From positions 15,695 through 79,694 of the forward strand of contig CAIWZS010000039.1 in assembly GCA_903917235.1 (NCBI GenBank): a stretch of 64,000 bases of DNA. The letters run 5' to 3'. The notes under the pieces are model-generated. The model worked only from the letters and a program-made list of their open reading frames with translations. It did not search any database and was not told where the DNA came from. This document shows, one piece after another, positions 58,209 through 64,000 of this stretch; the stretch's first letter is position 1; every line of letters starts with the position of its first letter. The DNA is from an uncultured Planctomycetaceae bacterium (GTDB lineage: Bacteria > Planctomycetota > Planctomycetia > Pirellulales > UBA1268). A program made the position numbers and the translations under genes.

Positions 58209-59531
58209 TCACGAGCGTCCCCGCGCGGCATCACGGGGTGACGCGGTCTCGGCCGCCTCGATCGCACGGCGCACGAAGACGGGTGCCGCGATCTGGGCCT
58301 CGGAGAGTAGCGTGTAATCCGCGGAGACGGCGTGGATGCGGCGCGCGACGTCGGCGTCGAAGCACCGGAGCACGAGCCGCAGCGGGCGGCTCCCCCGATA
58401 CCCCTCGAGGATCGACTGGGCGGTGAGACCGATCTCGAGATTGAGCGCATCGTTCGCGGTGCACGCGACGAGCGCCCGCGCGCGGTCGATGCCCGCGCGG
58501 CCGAGCACCGCCGGCCGCGTCGCATCACCGACGATCACGGGACAGCGCAGCCGCAGTTCACGATGGTCGTCGTCGAAGGCGGCCGGATCGACGATCACCA
58601 CACGCACCCCCTGCCGGCGCAGGTCCCGCGCGACCGCGCTGCCGACCTGCCCGATCCCGCACACCACCACGTGATCATGCAGACGCCTGGCACGCGCGGC
58701 GTTCAGGACCTGATCCGCCGTCCCCGACACGATGACGATCGTCAGCAGCGAGGAGATGATGGCGATGAGCACGATGCCGGCAAACATGAGCGCGATGCCG
58801 AAGAGCTTCACGGCGCCGGGGGCATGCTGCAGGTTGAAGTCACCGAAGCCGACCGTGGTGACGATCGACGTCGCGAAGTAGGCCGCATCGATCCAGTCGA
58901 GGCCGAGCGACGCCCGGAACACCACGATCGCGACCCCGTAGATCGCGAGCAGGACCGCCGGAATGAGCACGTACTCCGGCCGCACGACCGGCCGCGGAAC
59001 GACGATGCGTCGGGCATGCCGACCGGAGGCGACCTGAGGGGAGGGCGCTTCGAGCGCGGCCTGCACGAACGCGTCCGCGGCGATGAGCGCCGGCGACATG
59101 GCGGCCTGGATGCCGAAGTCGGCCTCGAGTCGTCGATTCAGTCGCGGCTCCGAGTGGCGCATGACGACCGGCACCATCGGCACCTCGTCGCGGATCTCGA
59201 GTGCCGTCTCGAGATTGTCGACGTCGTTCGACGTGGTCAGCAGCACGCCCGCCGCGCCGTGCAGATTCGCGGCGCGACGGGCGCTGGCACAGCGAAAGTC
59301 GCCCGCGACGATCGTCGCACCCGCCGCAGTGGCCCGATCGATCCGATCCTGATTCGTGCGCGCGTCCGTGATGACCGTGACGCCTCGTCGTGCCGATCGC
59401 AGCGCCTCGACGATGGTGACCCCGAACCGCCCGAGCCCGCAGACGACGATGTGTCCCATCATGCTGGCTCGCGGACGCCCATCCGGGCGGGGCTCGAACG
59501 CGGATTGGCGGGCGAAGCCCCAGCCTGACAC
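58209..59531 (-). CDS. potassium channel with RCK(TrkA-N) - 2TM pore - RCK(TrkA-N) architecture
   Basis: Two Rossmann starts (IVVCGLGRFG and VVVCGIGQVG) flank a pore module with selectivity filter TTVGFGD. The start could instead be the MMGH methionines at about aa 24. Confidence 0.85.
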   Translation of the reverse strand: MSGWGFARQSAFEPRPDGRPRASMMGHIVVCGLGRFGVTIVEALRSARRGVTVITDARTNQDRIDRATAAGATIVAGDFRCASARRAANLHGAAGVLLTTSNDVDNLETALEIRDEVPMVPVVMRHSEPRLNRRLEADFGIQAAMSPALIAADAFVQAALEAPSPQVASGRHARRIVVPRPVVRPEYVLIPAVLLAIYGVAIVVFRASLGLDWIDAAYFATSIVTTVGFGDFNLQHAPGAVKLFGIALMFAGIVLIAIISSLLTIVIVSGTADQVLNAARARRLHDHVVVCGIGQVGSAVARDLRRQGVRVVIVDPAAFDDDHRELRLRCPVIVGDATRPAVLGRAGIDRARALVACTANDALNLEIGLTAQSILEGYRGSRPLRLVLRCFDADVARRIHAVSADYTLLSEAQIAAPVFVRRAIEAAETASPRDAARGRS

Positions 59532-59640
59532 GGCGACGCACGACTCGTCGCGTCACCCGGGCCCCGCGAGCGTGACGACCATCACGCCCGGAGGGCTTCA
59601 CTCCCGCGACGAGCCGCTTCCAGACCTGGCCCGTTCCGAG

Positions 59641-59730
59641 CGGAGAGGGCGGGATTCGAACCCGCGGTCCAGCTTTTGACCGGACACGTCTTTAGCAAAG
59701 ACGCGCATTCGACCACTCTGCCACCTCTCC
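59641..59730 (-). tRNA. tRNA-Ser (anticodon GCU)
   Basis: The reverse complement is GGAGAGGTGGCAGAGTGGTCGAATGCGCGTCTTTGCTAAAGACG...GGGTTCGAATCCCGCCCTCTCCG. It has a long variable arm and closely parallels E. coli tRNA-Ser(GCU). Confidence 0.9.
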
Positions 59731-59780
59731 GAACTGCGTCGGACGAACCCGGCCCGACGTATCACCGACGCGACGTCAAT

Positions 59781-60317
59781 TCAGTCGTCGTCGTCTTCAT
59801 CCTCATCCTCATCCTCATCCTCGTCTTCGTCCTCGTCGTCCCACTCCTCGTCGTCGTCCTCCCACTCCTCGTCGTCTTCGTCCTCGTCCTCGTCCTCCTC
59901 TTCGTCTTCCTCCTCGTCCTCGTCGTCGACCTCCTCCCACTCCTCGTCGTCCTCCTCCTCGTCGTCCTCGTCCTCATCCTCGTCGTCTTCGTCGACGTCC
60001 TCGTCGTCGTCCTCGAAATCCTCGTCCTCTTCGTCCTCCTCCTCGTCCTTGGCGGCCACCGGAGATGGAAGGGACGGAGACGCGACCGGGAAGAGTTCCT
60101 CCGCTGCGAGGAGCTCAGGCATCTCACTCCACGAGAACACGTCGGCGTCAGGAACGTCCCGCAGCCCTCGCCCGCTGGCAACACTCGTCACGGCAAAACC
60201 TCCCGGCGTCTTGTGGCGACCTCGAACCTCGGCCAATTCTGTAACCGATCGCAGAATCAACGTCCAATCATCGACCGAAATCTTTTCCACCTTCGGGGTT
60301 CCTCGGAGGATTCGCAC
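59781..60317 (-). CDS. hypothetical protein with an 88-residue poly-Asp/Glu C-terminal tail
   Basis: The GTG at 60317 is the first canonical start after the scpB stop. The track ORF extends to 60560 but overlaps scpB there. A roughly 90-aa N-terminal region is followed by DEEEDEEDEDFEDDDEDVDEDD...DEDEDDDD. Confidence 0.6.
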   Translation of the reverse strand: MRILRGTPKVEKISVDDWTLILRSVTELAEVRGRHKTPGGFAVTSVASGRGLRDVPDADVFSWSEMPELLAAEELFPVASPSLPSPVAAKDEEEDEEDEDFEDDDEDVDEDDEDEDEDDEEEDDEEWEEVDDEDEEEDEEEDEDEDEDDEEWEDDDEEWDDEDEDEDEDEDEDEDDDD

Positions 60318-60396
60318 CGGATCCTCGAAGGCCCGAAAAGTGTGGCCCGATCGACGACCAGCCGCAAGGTTGCGGCGTCGGGCGAACCGTCCGGCG

Positions 60397-61167
60397 TCAG
60401 CCGGACGGCGGGTTTTCGGCGGGAGGAACCGCAGGCTCTTCCTCGGCAGCACCGCCGAGGCCGTCCACGGGCGGGAGATCCTCGAGTCGCGCGAGCCCGA
60501 AGGTCGCGAGGAATCGCCGGGTCGTGACGTAGACGTTCGGCCGGCCGAGGTCCTCGGCACGGCCTCCGATCGCCACGAGATCCCGTTCGAGCAACTGCCG
60601 CAGCATCTCCTCGCTCCCGGCGCCGCGGATCGCCTCCACCTCGGCCCGGGTGACGGGCTGGCGGTACGCGACGATCGCGAGGGTCTCGAGGGCGGCAGCC
60701 GAGAGCCTGCCCCCTGGGGGCGCGTCGAGCAGACGACGCAGCCAAGGGCCGAAGGCGCCCCGTGTGAGCAGCTGGAAACCGCCCGCGATCGACTCGACGC
60801 GCACGGCGGACCCGGCCGTTTCCTGGAGGGACCTGAGTTCGCTCAGCAGCACGCGCGCACGGCTGCCGTCGGCCAGCCCGGCCAGCTTCGCGATCCGACG
60901 GGTCGTCAGCGGTTCCCGGGCCACGAAGAGCACGGCCTCGACCCGCGCAAGTTCGTCACTGCGGCGATGATCCCCAACGGGCTCGAGGGCCGGCGAGGCG
61001 GCGGGGGCGGGTGTCGCTCCCGGATAGCGTCGCCGCGCCGCGCGGCTCGGAAGGCGTCCATCCCGAGCCGACACGTACGCGACAGCACACCCTCCGGGAT
61101 GCGGAAAACCCTGCACGACGAGCAGCCCGTGGGCGAGCCCGCCCCGCCCGTGCCGAAGCGCCTTCAT
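60397..61167 (-). CDS. scpB: SMC-Scp complex subunit ScpB
   Basis: Winged-helix pattern present (VEAVLFVAREPLTTRRIAKLAG...ALETLAIVAYRQPVTRAEVEAIRG...RPNVYVTTRRFLATFGL). Its ATG at 61167 makes an ATGA overlap with the upstream stop. The first 80 aa or so are atypical. Confidence 0.85.
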   Translation of the reverse strand: MKALRHGRGGLAHGLLVVQGFPHPGGCAVAYVSARDGRLPSRAARRRYPGATPAPAASPALEPVGDHRRSDELARVEAVLFVAREPLTTRRIAKLAGLADGSRARVLLSELRSLQETAGSAVRVESIAGGFQLLTRGAFGPWLRRLLDAPPGGRLSAAALETLAIVAYRQPVTRAEVEAIRGAGSEEMLRQLLERDLVAIGGRAEDLGRPNVYVTTRRFLATFGLARLEDLPPVDGLGGAAEEEPAVPPAENPPSG

Positions 61168-61694
61168 CGCACGATGCCCCGCTGCTCGGCGAGGCGGCGT
61201 TGCCAGGCCATCACATCATTGAGCAGGAGGTGCGCGGCGGTGTCGGCGTCCGACCCCTCCATCTGGAACACGCGGTGAAGCTGCCCCTCCGCATCGAGCG
61301 GTACCTGGCAGCTCGCGAGATGACGGCCGACCGCCGCCGGCAGGGCGACGCATTCGATCGACACCGCTCCGAGCCCCGACAGGCGGCGCACGCTCACGTC
61401 GAGCGGAGGCGGCTGCACGCCGGGGTCGGGGCCGGGATGGGGCGGGGTCGGTGCCGGACCGCCGGGCGTCGCGGTGGCCACCAGCGCGGACGCGGGCTCG
61501 CCAGGGACCGTCTGGATGGGATCGCGGGCCGCGGAGGTCGGCGTGACGGCCGTCGGCCGAGCGCGCGTGGTCCACCACGTCATCACGCAATCACGGACCG
61601 AGCGGCGGGTACCCGCGGGAATCAGATGGGAGAACATCGCCACGGTCGGCACGATGACCATGCAGACGGCGAGCAGACAGGTGCGGAATTTCAT
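61164..61694 (-). CDS. hypothetical signal-anchored protein
   Basis: 176 aa. The hydrophobic start MKFRTCLLAVCMVIVPTVAMF is followed by a Pro-rich linker and a small globular C-terminus. It is translationally coupled to scpB. Confidence 0.55.
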   Translation of the reverse strand: MKFRTCLLAVCMVIVPTVAMFSHLIPAGTRRSVRDCVMTWWTTRARPTAVTPTSAARDPIQTVPGEPASALVATATPGGPAPTPPHPGPDPGVQPPPLDVSVRRLSGLGAVSIECVALPAAVGRHLASCQVPLDAEGQLHRVFQMEGSDADTAAHLLLNDVMAWQRRLAEQRGIVR

Positions 61695-62114
61695 GGCAGG
61701 ACCGTCGGCACGTGGCCGCCAGTGGAGAAGACCGCGACGGTCTCAGGCCCCTGACGACACTCGGTCAAAACGGCAGGACGATCGCCGACCGCGACTCGGC
61801 GCATCGTGCGACCGCGGACTCGCTCTCGCCGGGCTCCGGCGGGGCGGAAGGGTAGCCAACCGCCCCCGTTCGTCACAACGGGAAATCACCTCCTCGCGAC
61901 ACGCAGGCTGACGCTCCGACAGCGGGCCCGCGGCACCGGGACATCCGCGGGTCGGGCGCCCCTGTGGCACGCGGTCCATATGCCACACCCGCCGAGCGCG
62001 GTCGTGCGCTCCGACGCCACGGCCGTTGGCAGGCGCGGCGCCGGCAGAGCAGAATGTCGTCCTTCGTCGGCCTGCAGCCCCGCCCGTCCTCCACCGCCTG
62101 AACCACCTCTGCCG

Positions 62115-63206
62115 ATGGCGAACATCGCGATCAGCCTCTGCGGGGAGGGGCGGGGCCACGCATCCCGCGTGTGCACGCTCATCGAGCGTCTCGACCCGGC
62201 ACACGATGTGCTCGTCTACACGGGCGCCGACGGCCTCGACTTCATGCGCCACAGACTGGCGATGCGGATACCCAGGGTGCGCATCGAGTCGATCCCGGGG
62301 ATCGTCTTCCAGTACGTCGGCGGCCGGCTCGACGTGATGCGATCGATCGCGGCCGGCCTCGACTACCAGGCCCGCCAGATCGGGCCACTGGTCGATCGCA
62401 TGATCGCCGACCTCGAGGCCTTCGGTGCGGACATCGCCATCACCGACTTCGAACCGGCACTGCCCCGCGCGGCCAGCCGCCTCGGGATTCCGCTCGTGAG
62501 CATCGATCATCAGCACTTCCTGCTCGCCTATGACCTCGACGCCCTGCCCTGGACGCTCCAGTGGAATGCGTGGTTCATGAGCCATGCCGTGTGGATGTAC
62601 GTGATGGACGCGGCGGACACCGTCGTGTCGGCGTTCTTCCGGCCACCGCTCCGCCGCGGCTGGGAGCACGTCGTCCAGGTCGGGCCGCTGCTGCGGGCCG
62701 AGATCGTCGCCGCCTCTCCACATGCGGGGGATTACGTCGTCAGTTACCTGCGACGACACACCCCCTTCTCGGCCATCGACGCGATCGCCGCCTGCGGCCT
62801 TCCGGTGCGGGTCTACGGCCTCGGCGAGCGGGAGCCGACCGGCTCGGTGTCGTTCCATGCCATCGACGACAGGCGGTTCGTGGATGATCTCGCCGGCTGC
62901 CGCGCCGTCATCGCCGCCGCGGGCAACCAGCTCATCGGCGAGGCGCTCCACCTTGGCAAGCCGCTGCTCGTGCTGCCGGAGCGGGCCCATGCGGAGCAGC
63001 TCATGAACGCCCATTTCCTCGCCTCGATGGGCTGTGGCACCTTCACGCTGCTCGAGGAGATCGATCGCGCCCGCGTGCAGGAGTTCGTCTCCGGACTGGA
63101 GCGATTCTCCCAGGCGATCGCAGGCGTCGCCGGCAGGATGGATGGCACGCCTGACGCGCTGCGGGTCGTGGAGCACCGGCTCGCGCATCCCGTGACGGCG
63201 GTGTGA
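62115..63206 (+). CDS. glycosyltransferase, GT-B fold (MGT/MurG-like family)
   Basis: Track ORF 61806.. trimmed to the ATG at 62115. The N-terminal glycine loop (MANIAISLCGEGRGHASR) and the C-terminal AAGNQLIGEALHLGKPLLVLP are typical of this family. Confidence 0.8.
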   Translation: MANIAISLCGEGRGHASRVCTLIERLDPAHDVLVYTGADGLDFMRHRLAMRIPRVRIESIPGIVFQYVGGRLDVMRSIAAGLDYQARQIGPLVDRMIADLEAFGADIAITDFEPALPRAASRLGIPLVSIDHQHFLLAYDLDALPWTLQWNAWFMSHAVWMYVMDAADTVVSAFFRPPLRRGWEHVVQVGPLLRAEIVAASPHAGDYVVSYLRRHTPFSAIDAIAACGLPVRVYGLGEREPTGSVSFHAIDDRRFVDDLAGCRAVIAAAGNQLIGEALHLGKPLLVLPERAHAEQLMNAHFLASMGCGTFTLLEEIDRARVQEFVSGLERFSQAIAGVAGRMDGTPDALRVVEHRLAHPVTAV

Positions 63207-63218
63207 GGCGAGCGGGAC

Positions 63219-63260
63219 GGCGCCGATCGGCGCCCAGAGCCCGCGACGGCGGATCCGCCG
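63219..63260. terminator. two GC palindromes in a convergent gap (possible bidirectional terminator hairpins, no U-tract)
   Basis: GGCGCCGATCGGCGCC lies at 63219-63234 and CGGCGGATCCGCCG at 63247-63260. Both sit between the GT stop (63206) and the rdgB stop (63269). Confidence 0.3.
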
Positions 63261-63268
63261 GTGGGGCA

Positions 63269-63994
63269 TCACGAGTCACGCAACGCCTTCACGAGCAGCG
63301 GCAGCATCGCCCGAAGAGCCCGCCCCCTGTGACTCACGATCGCCTTGTAGGAGGGGCCGATCTCCGCGAAGGTGCGGTGGCACTCCCGCACGAGAAACAG
63401 CGGGTCGTAGCCGAAGCCGCCCGTCCCCCGGCGTGCGCGGGTGATGAGGCCGTGGCAGGTGCCCGTCGCCTCGGCCACGACGCGTCCGGTCGGATCGGCG
63501 AGCACCGCGTGGCAGGCGTACCACGCGGACCGCTCCCTCCCGCTCATGCCCGCGAGGCGATCGAGGAGGAGCCGGTTGTTCCGCTCGTCGGCCGGCGTGC
63601 CGTCGCCCGGCGCCGGCGGCCCGGCGAACCGCGCTGAACGGACTCCCGGCTCGCCGTCGAGCGCGGGCACCACGAGGCCGCTGTCCTCGGCGAGGACCCA
63701 GTGACCGAGCGCCCGTGCCTGCATGACCGCCTTGAGGACGGCATTCTCGGCGAACGTCGCCCCGGTCTCGTCGACCTCGACGGCACCGGCCATCTCCGAG
63801 AGCGATCGGCAGGTGAGGCCGTGCGGTGCGACGAGCGCCAGGAGTTCGCGCACCTTCCCGGCGTTGGTGGTGCCGAGGACGAGGACCGGATCGCGGCCGG
63901 CCGGCGTCCCGGCAGGGTCGGGTGTCGCCCAGCGTGCGCCACGGCCGTCGTCGCTCGCGCCCTCGGTCACGTCTGGCATCCCGGTCGCGGTCAC
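63269..63994 (-). CDS. rdgB: non-canonical purine NTP pyrophosphatase (RdgB/HAM1 family)
   Basis: LVLGTTNAGKVREL...EDSGL.VPALDGEPGVRSARF...RGTGGFGYDPLF...SHRGRAL is the RdgB signature. It has a roughly 35-aa N-terminal extension, so the start is uncertain. Confidence 0.88.
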   Translation of the reverse strand: MTATGMPDVTEGASDDGRGARWATPDPAGTPAGRDPVLVLGTTNAGKVRELLALVAPHGLTCRSLSEMAGAVEVDETGATFAENAVLKAVMQARALGHWVLAEDSGLVVPALDGEPGVRSARFAGPPAPGDGTPADERNNRLLLDRLAGMSGRERSAWYACHAVLADPTGRVVAEATGTCHGLITRARRGTGGFGYDPLFLVRECHRTFAEIGPSYKAIVSHRGRALRAMLPLLVKALRDS

Positions 63995-64000
63995 GAGGGG

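Noticed and set aside
59676-60527. 283-aa plus-strand ORF encoding VVVFILILILVFVLVV... (looks like a multi-TM protein)
   Set aside because: It is the reverse-complement reading of the GAN-codon acidic tail. Its hydrophobicity is a compositional artefact, and it also overlaps tRNA-Ser.
61840-61880. SRP-RNA-like motif (GGGCGGAAGGGTAGCC) in the 420-bp divergent gap before the glycosyltransferase gene
   Set aside because: Only the CGGAAGG core resembles the 4.5S domain IV. The flanking symmetric-loop sequences and the closing helix are missing.

Overview
High-GC (about 70%) chromosomal segment. It is almost certainly from a Planctomycetota genome, because it carries three families typical of that phylum: a DUF1559 prepilin-like protein, a PSCyt/DUF1549/DUF1553 protein and a DUF1501 protein. 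I support about 55 protein-coding genes and 4 tRNAs: Leu-CAA, Gly-CCC, Leu-GAG and Ser-GCU. I see no rRNA, CRISPR array, transposase, integrase or prophage genes.

The backbone is housekeeping:
- rpsB-tsf-pyrH-frr
- ilvN-ilvC
- folK-panC-lgt
- metF
- pfkA
- fadB-fadA
- rpsA, serS, clpS, scpB, rdgB

Many neighbouring genes are chained by 4-nt ATGA or GTGA stop/start overlaps.

Features not explained by standard annotation, best candidates first:
1. A P-loop NTPase with a two-helix membrane hairpin inside the NTPase region (KAP-like topology), tightly linked to a secreted protein (32.9-35.0 kb).
2. A family of structured intergenic repeats. Two 112-nt identical cores have a compensatory change in their closing stem, and there is also a tandem pair and an inverted partial copy.
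3. Five head-to-tail 16-nt repeats that fill the ilvN leader. A similar GGATC-phased mini-array and an 11-nt phased array lie upstream of two other genes.
4. A small, strongly signalled, secreted Cys/His-rich protein behind a promoter whose -10 region overlaps a palindrome.
5. Several unusual domain fusions: HPPK plus a degenerate P-loop domain; SDR-DUF2867 plus a membrane domain; trypsin plus a DUF1080-like domain plus SirB1; and an RCK-pore-RCK channel.
6. A protein whose last 88 residues are almost all Asp/Glu.

Limits: all domain calls come from reading the translations against remembered family signatures. Start codons were chosen by eye. No searches or computations were run.
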